A stretch of 43,218 nucleotides of DNA from a virus (IMGVR_UViG_3300035659_001474:85110-128327); one strand, 5' to 3'; shown: positions 1 through 10,889, counted from the stretch's first letter. Numbers and translations: made by a program. The notes: generated by a model from the sequence alone, not told the origin.

Positions 1-152
1 ACATTGGACAATTCGCGTTCAGGCCGTGCTGTAACTCTTCTTTTGCTTTTAGGGTGTCTTTTCAAGTAATCTTTCTGCGTCTCTTGAGAAAGCTCATCCC
101 ATTTAGCAGCTTCTTTAATAAACTCTCTCTGAATAACAGCAAAATGTTTCAT
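1..152 (-). CDS. Hypothetical protein, N-terminal part only (runs off the left edge): MKHFAVIQREFIKEAAKWDELSQETQKDYLKRHPKSKRRVTAR...
   Basis: ATG at 152-150 with GGGG upstream. The frame is open to the window edge. Not in the ORF track. Confidence 0.65.
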   Translation of the reverse strand, partial: MKHFAVIQREFIKEAAKWDELSQETQKDYLKRHPKSKRRVTARPERELSN

Positions 153-175
153 TGTAACCCCATAAGTTAAAGTAA

Positions 176-715
176 TTAGAACGTCAATCTCCAGGTAATT
201 GTGAGTGTCGATGTACTCGGCTTGTTCCAGACGGGCATTGTGTAGTAATTGCAAATATCACCGAGCAACGAAATTGTTGCATCATTGCCACCAAACAGTG
301 CCATTTCAACAAGTGCACCGACTGCTTCTGTGTCATTGTACACTGTCTCATACTCAACAACATTTGTTCGAGCTAACGGTGATTCTACAAACGTCACAGG
401 ATCAACATAATACACTCGATTAAAAATCTTCCTAAACAACTCATTAACTAATGCTCCCTGACTAGCAGACGCGGGTGGCGGATTCTGCTTATCCCATCCA
501 GGATCACCTGTACCAACTGCTAATGACTTCAATCCCGGTACATACGTTCCCGGCGTGCCAGGTACAGCATTATCAGACATTAACTGAGCCATCAAAAATG
601 ACGCATTATCTACAATAACATTATGCGCCGTTCGACGCTCAATAGTCCCATCTTCATGCTTCATCACCATAAAAATATCACCGCGCTTAATCCGAAGATT
701 ATTCTCCAACAACAT
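176..715 (-). CDS. Tail-collar/tail-fibre attachment protein (P2 gpH N-terminal-like), 179 aa
   Basis: HNVIVD, LAVGTG, L.NELFRK, EAVGALVEMALFGG and PVWNK...LTITWRLTF motifs. Lies directly after the wedge gene. GGAGG SD before the ATG. Confidence 0.7.
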   Translation of the reverse strand: MLLENNLRIKRGDIFMVMKHEDGTIERRTAHNVIVDNASFLMAQLMSDNAVPGTPGTYVPGLKSLAVGTGDPGWDKQNPPPASASQGALVNELFRKIFNRVYYVDPVTFVESPLARTNVVEYETVYNDTEAVGALVEMALFGGNDATISLLGDICNYYTMPVWNKPSTSTLTITWRLTF

Positions 716-726
716 ATGTCCTCCAA

Positions 727-861
727 TTAGTTAAGTTTTCTAATCTCAACTGTACCATCTTTATGCTTCATTACTCCAACAGCTGCATCACCCTTAATCC
801 TTGGCACTTCCTCTTTCAACGGCTTAACAGCTTTCTTAACCTGATCTTTCTGCATCTGCAT
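727..861 (-). CDS. 44-aa micro-protein, paralog of the N-terminus of the downstream collar protein
   Basis: GGAGG 7 nt before ATG 861, so the track start at 918 is too long. RIKGDAAVGVMKHKDGTVEIRK aligns with RIKRGDIFMVMKHEDGTIERR. Confidence 0.6.
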   Translation of the reverse strand: MQMQKDQVKKAVKPLKEEVPRIKGDAAVGVMKHKDGTVEIRKLN

Positions 862-865
862 AAAT

Positions 866-3800
866 CTATCCTCCAAAGAATCGCTCAATCCAGAAGAACA
901 ACATATCTGTAGATTCATTAGTAATAGAATCTAAATCATTTGTTGTAAACGGATGAGCATTTGTTTCATGCGCAAAACCATACTCATTATCTACAGTCGT
1001 CACTCTCTCATAATACGGTATCGCAAATCTCATCATCAATCTCTCATCAGGCAACTCAAACTGCTCTGTTATTAGTGCTCCAAAATTGACATTCTCTCTT
1101 ATATCAAACTCAACACGCTCACTATGAAAATCATTAGCATCAAAAAACATTGCTTCTTCTGGCTTTTTCCATTTCTCATTCAACGGTCCGACATGCACAT
1201 CAAAGAATACACCAGTCTCACATATATGTGCGTGTTTACCTTCTGGCAAATTATATGAAATTATTGCATCACTCGGAACATTAACTTGATTCAGCAGTGC
1301 TTTCTTTGTTAAATCAAAAACACCACCAGTAACTGTATAAGTATTCGTATATAATCTAAGTTCTCTGTATATGACGTATTTATTAAATTTGTAGATAATT
1401 TTGACGGTCTCTGTCACTAATGGGTTCCTACTTAAACATATCTTACCCGTAAAACCATTAACTGATATCACAGATATCGGCGGACCAGCAGGCGTAACAA
1501 CAAGCTGAATGTCTATCGGATCAGTCGTTATCTTGTTCTCTGCTAGATTCAAAATAGGCTTATAATATGCATAACAACAATTATTCGAACCATTAAATTG
1601 AGCTGTCACATTCTCAGTTATCACATCTGCTTTCTTATACTTATTTGCACAATCTGTCCTAACATCTTCATCACCATAAAAATGAAGATCAAACTTTGAA
1701 ACTTCATCATGTATATCTTTAGTCCTAACAATCTCAGAAAACACATATCGCAATAAGAAATATGTATGAGCCGGTTTCACTAACTTCAACACAGACGTAA
1801 TATTATCATTAAACTCTGACCAATTAACAATAGGCGTATTCCCTATATCAACATCAAACGAAAACATAAACTGCCACGCTATATTATCTAAATACTCTCG
1901 TATAGACACTGATTGCACACCAAGAAATACTGAAAGACCATCAATCAGACTCTGTTTTGTCGAACCCTTAAAAAACATCTGCATCAAAGTAATCAGCACT
2001 TCTCTATACCTATCATGCGAAAAATCCGGTCTCGGCTCAAACTTCAACAAATATCCCAAATTCTGATACAACAAATCTGGACGAGTCTGATCGTAATAAT
2101 TGTCACGTGAATAATCTTCTGACACTTGCATCGATCGAGCTATCTCAAGAGCCAATGATTTGAAATAACCATAAAATACTGTTGACTCAGAATCTTTATT
2201 ATACGTACTTTCTAAATTACCCAAGATTCTATTCATGATACCAATATGATATTGATACCATCGATCTCTGAACTCTCTTGGCGGCGTTGCTATCTCTCTA
2301 CATGTAAAATAATACTTATCAGTAACCATCACATTACCACTAAAATCTTTTGCATCAATTGAAACATTCACCGTATAACCATCTTCAAATGTCTCTGACG
2401 GTGTTATTGCAAGTAGATACCCACGACCACGAGGTATATAATAGATATTCTTATTATCTTCAAACCTAGCTACAAACATTGTAAACTTTGGATTAACTTG
2501 CACATGATACAAATTAATGAATTCTAAACTTGATATCTGAGCATAATCTGAATTAACAATAACAGTACTAAATCCAGGAATTGCATCTAAAAATACACTA
2601 ACTTTCTTAACAGTTGAATATTCATCATTTGTCAAATTGGCTGTAGCAACTACTACACCACCAACTGTCACATACAGATTGTTGTCAAGCACATCTAAAA
2701 ACACATCAGGTAATGAGCCTGAATAGGTCACAGTCATTACATCTAATGTAGATACATTGTAAGTCGTATTAGCAATTTTGACTTTTACAGTTCGTAAGTC
2801 TAAACCTGATATGTCATCGTCCAAAAATATCATGACATTAGTATCTCTTGAAACATCTTCAGTCTTGTGCTTAGGCCAAAATCCTCGCACATACGGTGCA
2901 GTCGTATCAGTCGGAAATATACCAACTACAACTGGTATTAATGCATTTCCGGCATTATCATTAGCATAAATTACGACATTGTCTAAATCTTTGAAATTTG
3001 GAATACTAGCTACTGGACCAACTTTTACTTGCAATGTATTATATGGTACAATACCAGTATATGAGAAAAATGCAGCATTCTTAATTGTCGAATATTCAAT
3101 ATCATCAACAACTATTTTAACAGAATTCACATCCATACCTGACAATACATCAGCAAAATTCACAGTCAAATGTGTCTGTATAGTAAACACTAAATTTGCA
3201 GGATCTATAGATGTAACTACAGGCTTCTCTAAATCTAATTTCAACGGATTAGATGCTGTCTTTACAGATTCTACATTACCGGCATTACTAACAGTAAAAT
3301 ACTTTATATTGTAGATACCACTAGCTGCAAACGCAATTTGTTGCGTCGTTGTATATGATGAACTTGTAGTAGGATCTGGCGGTACTATAGGACTTACTGC
3401 AAATTCATAATATGTTCGATAAACACCTGAAGATATAGCATTAACTGTTAACTGAACTATTCTATTACTAGCCCAATTAGTAGTAATACTATCTGTCGTA
3501 ATCGGCGTAGTTATATCAAGTTTGAATACTTGCTGTTTTACAGATTCAGTGTTTCCAACATTGTCAATACTGTAAAAATGTAATGTATGAATGCCTTCAG
3601 ACGGCATCAACAATGATGTCACATAAATTGAAAAGAAAGTATCACTATCCCATTTGTAATATATTCGATAAACACCGGAATCAGGATCATTACTAGTTAA
3701 CACTATATTCGGCGCTGTTATGTACCAGCCATTGCTACCATCTGGAGGTAACACATTAGGAAATGTATCAGGCGCAGTCTTGTCAATTTGTACTGGTAAT

Positions 3801-6800
3801 GATTCTTCAATTGCTTCATAATTTCCAGCATTATCTACACCTCGATACTTGACAATATATTGACCAGTATTTGAAAGAGTGACTGATGCTGCAGAACCAG
3901 GACTAGATATACTTGGATCAGTGCCATCAGTACTATATAGTATTTCATAGACGCCTGAAGGTGATTGATGATATGGATCAGGTAATGGAACAGTATAATC
4001 ATTAGAATTAATTGCAACAGTTACGTCACTAGTTGTCCAACCACTAGCAGCATCGTCAGTAGAAATTGGTGCATGAGTATCAAGTTGTAATGTATTGTGA
4101 CCTGATAATTCTGAAATAGATGTGTTAGTTGTCTGACGACCGCGTTTGTCTATAACAATAGTAGTTATGTCTTTGGGACCCTGAATATCGTATGATGGTA
4201 TTGGAGGTAATATATCATCAGGATAAATAAACGGGCTAGACTTATCAGAAAAATCTACTTCAATATCAGGATCATTAATGTCACCAATTATGATCTGTTT
4301 TGATCCCGAACCTATTGTAGTATTAAATAGTGTGCAATAAGTGTAGTCTACCTCAACATTGTCACTAATTAATGGTACTGCATTAGCTGAAACTGTTATT
4401 TGATTTCCTGAAACAGAAATAACAGCATATGTTTGAGATTGTGTTGTATTTTGTACTCTAGTAGCAACAGTTAATGTTTCATATGACGTATTGATTTGTA
4501 AAGTTTGATATATACAAGTAAATGGTCCTGAACCTGAAACACTTATTAACGTAGAGTGCTCGTTGAAAACAAATACATTAGGACTAGAGACTTGAGTTTT
4601 TATCGATGGTCGTAAAGTCGGAGTAGACTGATCAAGTTTATACCATGAGTTAGTACCATTAGGAGAAAAACTAGTATGATCAGTGTTCTTTACAATATTG
4701 ACATTTACTACAGGAGCTCGATTCAAAACTGCTACAGTTGCGCCAAGATCTTTTACATCCTCAGTATTTCCGGCAGCATCAACTGCAAACCATTTGATTG
4801 AACTTACACCATTATTGAGTAAGTCAATTATTGTACCTTCAGGTGAAAGTGTTGTTGGTTCACCATTAATTGCATAATAGACATGACTAATGCCAGAATA
4901 AACGTAACTCACTTGAATATTGTCAGTGTCAGTAAATACTTCAATAGTATAGATTTTGTTGTTAGAAATATAATTTACAGTCAAATCTGTACTAGTTGTA
5001 ACATTGCGCACATGCGACACACTAAATAAGAAATTATGAACAGTTGTAAGTTCATTCTTAGTATGATCTTTGGTCAATATTGTTTCGTCAGTAATTGTAT
5101 ACTGTCTATCATCTACAGGCTTCAAGAATATACGTAACGGATCTGATACTATTATTTCAGGCTTTGCTCGATTTAATGTTTGAACACCAATACCAGTGTT
5201 AGTGATGTCAATATTATTGTGTATATACGCATCCATGTACGTATTTGCTACTTTTATTTGAGTCGCAGATACTCTAGTAGCATAATAATATCTATTGTCT
5301 AGCAATGGATCAGGCAACTGTACTGTTGTATGAAATTGAATTACACAACCGTCAGTAAGATTGTGAGGTACTGACGTCGTTAAAATGTCATTTACAATAT
5401 TAACAGTAAACGTCTTAATAGTTGGATCAACATTCATTACTGTCAAATACGACATGAGTGACGACCAGTCAGTATATGTCGTCAAATTTTGCCGTAATGA
5501 ATCTGTCAACATTGGATAAAAATTGTCATTTTCAATTACATGCGCCCATGACAAGATTATGTTAAGTTCATTATAAGCATTTATTGCTGTAGCATCTGTT
5601 GCTGTAGCAGGCTTTATGAAATCATAATCAAACAATCGTTCATGTGGGGTTTCTACATTTCCAGAAATATCGACAGAGAAGTATACAAGTCTAATAACTT
5701 TTGAAGTATATGGTAATTGTATTGGTCCATCTTCAGAATGATATTCTAATGTAGGATCTTCGTCGAACTGATAGATTATCTTACTTACACCTGAAGCATT
5801 ATCTAGAGCAGAAAATGTTATGTTGGGCGTAGTAGTATAATAACCACTACCATGATCAGGAATAACAGTCAATGTCGTTACTGGAGCAGTAGAATCTACT
5901 TTGTAAATCTTCTGTATTGTAGCAGTCTCAGTGTCAGTATTTGCAGTTGCAGCCACTTGCCAAACACCGTCACCCGGTAATACGAAATGACTTGTATAAT
6001 CATGATACAAATACGTTTCTGTAAACGTGTGAGGATATGTATCAATACTGAGACCAAATACAGTCTCTGTGGCATCATATGTTCCCGGACTTACAAACTT
6101 AATTTCTGATGTCGGTGATCCAGTCCCACTAGTCGGTGATGTAACAGTAATATATCCAGTACCAGCTAAACCATCAGCTCCTGTCTGAGTAGCTACAAGT
6201 ATATCACCACCAACTGTATTATTAATCTGATCAAGAATATCCTGCATCGATGTTTTTGTAGAATCTACACCACGAATATTGATAACTAATGGTGTACCTG
6301 ACTTATCAATTTCAAGCGCTATAAATGAACCACGCGATAAGTCAATCAAGCTAGTGATTTGAAATGTGCTTGTATATGTAGCTGTTGTCGGTCTAGCATT
6401 TGGTGCAATCTTATATTGTAATTTAGTTACAAGTTCAGGTTTAGTAGTTAATAAGCCAATTTGTGGCGATGATCTATACCAACCGTTTTCACCATTGATT
6501 GGAAAACTTTCAGTCATTATCACTTGTAAAACTTCAGGCTCGATTTCAACTCTAAACGGTATCGAATCTTTAATAACTTCAATATTTCCAGCATTATCGA
6601 CAGAAAAGAACTTTATGATATATAGACCAGAAGTTTTGATCTCAAATGATGTCGCAGGCTTTAAGTTTCTAGTAGGTGTAGAACCGTCAGTAGTATAGTA
6701 AGTTGCTTGTTGACCAGAAGCAGAATCAGTTATAGTAAAATTGATAGTAACTGGATTATGAACTACTTCAAGCGGAACTGTAATTGCAGTTGTTGGGGCG

Positions 6801-7336
6801 ACATTATCATACTTGAAAACTTTAGTTTGAACATTTTCTTTATTGCTGGCAAAATCTATGGCATAGACTTGTATATAGTGAATGCCTTCATTGGGTATTG
6901 ATAGCGCAGTAGTATATTCTTGAAATGTAGTGCCATCCCAAGAGTAATAGATTTTGTCAATACCAGAAACTGCATCATTAGCAGTTATTGTAATAACTGG
7001 TAATGAATTGTACCAACCATTTTCACCATCTGGTTGAATATTGACATGTATAGTAGATACTGGAGCAATACCGTCAATTTTTACAGATTCAGTCTGTACA
7101 GCATTAGCTTGACTAGTTGAAATACTAATCGAATAGTATTTGACAGTAGTAATGCCTTCAGTTTCAATAATAAACGGCGTAGTATACAGATATCTTGAAG
7201 GATTAGATATTACAGTAGGATCTGAACCGTCAAGGGTATAATACGTATGACAAGGTTCACTAGTGTCAAATATGACAGCAAAAAAGCTAGTGCACCAACT
7301 AGTAGAAATGTTACTATTTGTTACAGGAATTGCCAT
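866..7336 (-). CDS. Giant baseplate wedge protein, 2156 aa: tandem Ig-like repeats plus a C-terminal gpI/gp7-like wedge domain
   Basis: Repeats D..AP.T....G.NGWY...D..SG...YY..DG...D.AGN.E (OmpL47-like) and YYT.DGS.P (CHB_HEX_C/Fn3-associated-like), plus Big_5-like DTTAPYV..FWP. C-terminal LYQNLGYLL..YREVL..L...FFKGSTKQSL..GLSVFLG. Follows baseplate J. Confidence 0.75.
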   Translation of the reverse strand: MAIPVTNSNISTSWCTSFFAVIFDTSEPCHTYYTLDGSDPTVISNPSRYLYTTPFIIETEGITTVKYYSISISTSQANAVQTESVKIDGIAPVSTIHVNIQPDGENGWYNSLPVITITANDAVSGIDKIYYSWDGTTFQEYTTALSIPNEGIHYIQVYAIDFASNKENVQTKVFKYDNVAPTTAITVPLEVVHNPVTINFTITDSASGQQATYYTTDGSTPTRNLKPATSFEIKTSGLYIIKFFSVDNAGNIEVIKDSIPFRVEIEPEVLQVIMTESFPINGENGWYRSSPQIGLLTTKPELVTKLQYKIAPNARPTTATYTSTFQITSLIDLSRGSFIALEIDKSGTPLVINIRGVDSTKTSMQDILDQINNTVGGDILVATQTGADGLAGTGYITVTSPTSGTGSPTSEIKFVSPGTYDATETVFGLSIDTYPHTFTETYLYHDYTSHFVLPGDGVWQVAATANTDTETATIQKIYKVDSTAPVTTLTVIPDHGSGYYTTTPNITFSALDNASGVSKIIYQFDEDPTLEYHSEDGPIQLPYTSKVIRLVYFSVDISGNVETPHERLFDYDFIKPATATDATAINAYNELNIILSWAHVIENDNFYPMLTDSLRQNLTTYTDWSSLMSYLTVMNVDPTIKTFTVNIVNDILTTSVPHNLTDGCVIQFHTTVQLPDPLLDNRYYYATRVSATQIKVANTYMDAYIHNNIDITNTGIGVQTLNRAKPEIIVSDPLRIFLKPVDDRQYTITDETILTKDHTKNELTTVHNFLFSVSHVRNVTTSTDLTVNYISNNKIYTIEVFTDTDNIQVSYVYSGISHVYYAINGEPTTLSPEGTIIDLLNNGVSSIKWFAVDAAGNTEDVKDLGATVAVLNRAPVVNVNIVKNTDHTSFSPNGTNSWYKLDQSTPTLRPSIKTQVSSPNVFVFNEHSTLISVSGSGPFTCIYQTLQINTSYETLTVATRVQNTTQSQTYAVISVSGNQITVSANAVPLISDNVEVDYTYCTLFNTTIGSGSKQIIIGDINDPDIEVDFSDKSSPFIYPDDILPPIPSYDIQGPKDITTIVIDKRGRQTTNTSISELSGHNTLQLDTHAPISTDDAASGWTTSDVTVAINSNDYTVPLPDPYHQSPSGVYEILYSTDGTDPSISSPGSAASVTLSNTGQYIVKYRGVDNAGNYEAIEESLPVQIDKTAPDTFPNVLPPDGSNGWYITAPNIVLTSNDPDSGVYRIYYKWDSDTFFSIYVTSLLMPSEGIHTLHFYSIDNVGNTESVKQQVFKLDITTPITTDSITTNWASNRIVQLTVNAISSGVYRTYYEFAVSPIVPPDPTTSSSYTTTQQIAFAASGIYNIKYFTVSNAGNVESVKTASNPLKLDLEKPVVTSIDPANLVFTIQTHLTVNFADVLSGMDVNSVKIVVDDIEYSTIKNAAFFSYTGIVPYNTLQVKVGPVASIPNFKDLDNVVIYANDNAGNALIPVVVGIFPTDTTAPYVRGFWPKHKTEDVSRDTNVMIFLDDDISGLDLRTVKVKIANTTYNVSTLDVMTVTYSGSLPDVFLDVLDNNLYVTVGGVVVATANLTNDEYSTVKKVSVFLDAIPGFSTVIVNSDYAQISSLEFINLYHVQVNPKFTMFVARFEDNKNIYYIPRGRGYLLAITPSETFEDGYTVNVSIDAKDFSGNVMVTDKYYFTCREIATPPREFRDRWYQYHIGIMNRILGNLESTYNKDSESTVFYGYFKSLALEIARSMQVSEDYSRDNYYDQTRPDLLYQNLGYLLKFEPRPDFSHDRYREVLITLMQMFFKGSTKQSLIDGLSVFLGVQSVSIREYLDNIAWQFMFSFDVDIGNTPIVNWSEFNDNITSVLKLVKPAHTYFLLRYVFSEIVRTKDIHDEVSKFDLHFYGDEDVRTDCANKYKKADVITENVTAQFNGSNNCCYAYYKPILNLAENKITTDPIDIQLVVTPAGPPISVISVNGFTGKICLSRNPLVTETVKIIYKFNKYVIYRELRLYTNTYTVTGGVFDLTKKALLNQVNVPSDAIISYNLPEGKHAHICETGVFFDVHVGPLNEKWKKPEEAMFFDANDFHSERVEFDIRENVNFGALITEQFELPDERLMMRFAIPYYERVTTVDNEYGFAHETNAHPFTTNDLDSITNESTDMLFFWIERFFGG

Positions 7337-7343
7337 GATTCAC

Positions 7344-10300
7344 CTATATTGTATGAATTATCAATGTCTTCAAATTCAAATAATCTAAATCTGTGACCAC
7401 AATATCTTTAGAACCAGTTTCCCCTGAAACATTATATGCAACAGTTATTGAGAATCCTGCAGGTGTACTGCCGTTTTTCATTGAAGTATATAATGAACCA
7501 TCACTATCAATAAATCCTCTACCTAAACCATTTGCAACTTCATCACGTGAATTTACTAATTGTAATGGCACGTCATTTGCACTTATTCTCCAAAACTGTG
7601 ATATATCACTTGTGCTACCAGCAGTTTTGTATCTTAATGTATTACTAGCAGTTCGATATGATGTCGTTATACCCACTTGATAGACAGTCCAAATCGTATT
7701 TGACTGTAGAATCTCATTAGCAATATGTGTTCCATTAGAAATGACCATTTTTGTCAATGGCAATATCACATAGTCAATGCTACTATTATCATCAGCTACA
7801 GCTATCACGTCACTCTGATTGATCCGTGAACCCAATGTCTTTTGGTCAAACATTGTATACAGTGCAGTGCTTACAGAATCTATAGCCACAGGACTACTAG
7901 CATTTAATTTAAGCTTAATAGTGAACTCAATGTCGACATCAATTCTATTTGCATACTTTACTAAAACATCAGCTGTTATATGTCTAGCAACTTCAATCTT
8001 GTCTTGTATTACTTTTACTAAAGAATTAGTATTGTACGACACTGTTACAGATTCACCATATTTGTAGCTTACAACTACAGTTTGACCATCTGTAATAGTA
8101 GATGTTAATGATCGTGAAATACTTAAATAACCAAACTGAGTAGCCGGCAATTGCAGTACATAATCTGTGTTAATATAGTAATGTATAGTTGCACCAATAT
8201 TAGTAACAGTAATTGTATGTTCGTCAATACCTTTTTTACTCAGTTGTTTATACTCAAAACCAACAAGACTAATATGTTCACTAAAGTCAGATAAGTTACC
8301 AGAAGGTAATCCAGTTGATGGATCATATAGCAACTGAATGCTTCGTTTAGCATGTACTGAATTGCCTGTAAGTAAAATGTCATCAACTTTATTGAATAGA
8401 TATTCAGTACCTTCTTGTAATACATCACCTTCACTTGTAATTACTGAATTTATTGAATCAACAGGCTGATAACTAAAAATAGCAGGATCAGTCTTCTTAT
8501 ACTTATAAGTCACTCTAATAATATCTGTCGGCACGATTCCAATCACACTATTAATAGCATTTGTATCATTTATGTCTATAGATGTGCCGTTTGGTTCAAT
8601 AATGAATGACTCAACAACATTACCATGAGCTAATTGTGCTGTAGTTTCATTACCTGAAGCACTAGCTATAACAACTTCACCAACAATTGGATTGACATAT
8701 GAATAATCTGCTGAAACAATGTCGCCAGAAACTAAACCTGCTTGAAATGATAAGAATGAGAATAATATTTGACCTCTTGCATGACCTCCAACAGTCTTAT
8801 AGTACACACTATAATCTACATCTCTTATCAAAGCTGTCTTTGTTACAGGATGAATCGTTAGCTGTCCTGTGCCCGGTGTCGTTATGTCAATAGCTATACC
8901 ATTTTGCGCATTACTCAATGTAGTTGCTAACTTAAGAGTAGTATTTGTTAGTTTGATTGCATAGTAAGTAACGCCAGCAACTAAGGGACTCGGTAATGTT
9001 GTACCCGCAGCGACATTAACAGTATCACCAGTATGATAAACATGTCTAAGAATTATTGTTAATATGTCAGTTGCCGGATCAATTGCAAATGTACTAATTC
9101 GATAAAGATAGATAACATCTGTAAGAATTGCAACATCTTTACTTAACAAATTAGCATCTAAATAAGCGTCTACTTCGCCACCAATAGCCGATGCTACAAC
9201 TATTTCATTTACAATAGGCACTTTGTACTCATAGTCAGCTGTAACACTATCACCTAATGATATCGGAAAATTAATTGTAATCGCGCCTGTTGTTAAATTC
9301 AATGAATACTGCGCTTTAGGTTTTTCAATGGCATTCTTGTAAATTGTGAAATTACCAGTTAAGTCAAATTCATCTGACTTTGTCACGTTTATGATTTCTT
9401 GTATCAAATATGCAGGATACATAATTGAAACATCTGGATTAATAATGTCAACTCGCATGTTTGTAGCGCTTGACATACTACTAGTAATAGAAGTATTATA
9501 TTGAACAGTTTCTCTATAATTACTTTTGTATATGAAACCAAATGTTTCAGTTTGACTAACTATTACACTGCCCTTAAAATAGATATCTACTTTACCAAAT
9601 GCATGCTCACCTCTAACTGAATCATAATCTCGTTGCATTAATACATGACCAGCATCAACAATCAGTACATCTTGAACATATTGAGTGCCAATAGCTGTTC
9701 GTAAATATCCATCTTTAGTTCCAAGATCAAGACCAGTAAAAGCTAACATTGCTCTACTAGCAAAACTTCTATTACCTTCAATATCTTGACCACCTTGTGT
9801 CGGCTTCACATTTGTTACTTGTAACTGTGTAAATGTCGAATTATTGATAGTATTAGTACCAACATTAGTCACTTCGCCAGATATTAATGCTTGGACTGAA
9901 GCCGTTATTTCATATCGTTGAGTTGCGTCATTGAAATATGAATCTATGGACCCAATCAGCATCTGCGCTTGTTCTAGCGTTTGAAAGTTGATTGCGAGCT
10001 TCGCAGAAGTTGATGTTGTCGATACAACTGTGCCTTGTGGTATAGTTATTGTTGCCAACGGCTTAATTTGTGTATAGAATACAACTTCACCAACAGATGC
10101 AGTAGCTGCTTTTCTAAACACATCAAAGTTATTTGCAAGTTTGTCAAACGAAAAGTCTATAACTGACTGCACATCACTGTCATTAGTCAATTGCAAAGCA
10201 GCTTTCAATTGCTGCTTATATGTTGATTGCGTAACAGCAATTGATGAACCTGTATTATTCGGATCGTCAATTTCTAACAATGTTAGGAATGATGATGATC

Positions 10301-10889
10301 TTGATAGAAAATCAATGTACGTATAAAGATATCCAAATTCTGATGCATGAGGATCAATGTGTGTATCACGAGTCATTGTACCAGGTTTGACATCAATATT
10401 TGGTTGACGTGTCAATACATTACCAATCATTGATTTAGTGACGTCACTTGTGGTTCGAATTGGAAACTCAACAAGTGTAGTTGACAAAATTAACGGTATG
10501 TCAAAGATCTCAATTGAATACAGACTTTCTTCGTCTGAATTGTTGACAGCTGTTACTACATAATATTCAGTTTTAGTGTCTAACAAATCGCCATGAGTGT
10601 ACGCAAATATTTCAACCGGTGTCACTGTTTCTGTTGTTGTAGTTACTCTATTACCACCAATTATTTGAACAGTGGTTACTGAGTTAGTAACGACATCTTG
10701 TATTTCACTATAAGTTGTTATCAGTTCATCATTCAATTTCACATAACCGCTAGCTCCACCACCTGAAGTAGTAGAGTTGTAGATGTTGTAACCTTTAACA
10801 TCAGGCTCTGAATTAGCAACCCATCTAATAATGACAGAATTACTAGACGCTTCAGTTGTTAATCCAGTTGGTTGTAATGGTCGTGCCAT
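7344..10889 (-). CDS. Baseplate J / gp6-like wedge protein with N-terminal FN3 domain and beta-module insertions, 1181 aa
   Basis: DVKPGTMTRD, FDVFRKAAT.SVGEVVFY, GGQDIEGN.SFASRA, GTKDGY, GKVDIY. FN3 signature PLQPTGL...RW..N.EPDVKGYNIY...YYVVTAVN. GGAG SD before ATG 10889 (track starts at TTG 10901). Confidence 0.85.
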   Translation of the reverse strand: MARPLQPTGLTTEASSNSVIIRWVANSEPDVKGYNIYNSTTSGGGASGYVKLNDELITTYSEIQDVVTNSVTTVQIIGGNRVTTTTETVTPVEIFAYTHGDLLDTKTEYYVVTAVNNSDEESLYSIEIFDIPLILSTTLVEFPIRTTSDVTKSMIGNVLTRQPNIDVKPGTMTRDTHIDPHASEFGYLYTYIDFLSRSSSFLTLLEIDDPNNTGSSIAVTQSTYKQQLKAALQLTNDSDVQSVIDFSFDKLANNFDVFRKAATASVGEVVFYTQIKPLATITIPQGTVVSTTSTSAKLAINFQTLEQAQMLIGSIDSYFNDATQRYEITASVQALISGEVTNVGTNTINNSTFTQLQVTNVKPTQGGQDIEGNRSFASRAMLAFTGLDLGTKDGYLRTAIGTQYVQDVLIVDAGHVLMQRDYDSVRGEHAFGKVDIYFKGSVIVSQTETFGFIYKSNYRETVQYNTSITSSMSSATNMRVDIINPDVSIMYPAYLIQEIINVTKSDEFDLTGNFTIYKNAIEKPKAQYSLNLTTGAITINFPISLGDSVTADYEYKVPIVNEIVVASAIGGEVDAYLDANLLSKDVAILTDVIYLYRISTFAIDPATDILTIILRHVYHTGDTVNVAAGTTLPSPLVAGVTYYAIKLTNTTLKLATTLSNAQNGIAIDITTPGTGQLTIHPVTKTALIRDVDYSVYYKTVGGHARGQILFSFLSFQAGLVSGDIVSADYSYVNPIVGEVVIASASGNETTAQLAHGNVVESFIIEPNGTSIDINDTNAINSVIGIVPTDIIRVTYKYKKTDPAIFSYQPVDSINSVITSEGDVLQEGTEYLFNKVDDILLTGNSVHAKRSIQLLYDPSTGLPSGNLSDFSEHISLVGFEYKQLSKKGIDEHTITVTNIGATIHYYINTDYVLQLPATQFGYLSISRSLTSTITDGQTVVVSYKYGESVTVSYNTNSLVKVIQDKIEVARHITADVLVKYANRIDVDIEFTIKLKLNASSPVAIDSVSTALYTMFDQKTLGSRINQSDVIAVADDNSSIDYVILPLTKMVISNGTHIANEILQSNTIWTVYQVGITTSYRTASNTLRYKTAGSTSDISQFWRISANDVPLQLVNSRDEVANGLGRGFIDSDGSLYTSMKNGSTPAGFSITVAYNVSGETGSKDIVVTDLDYLNLKTLIIHTI

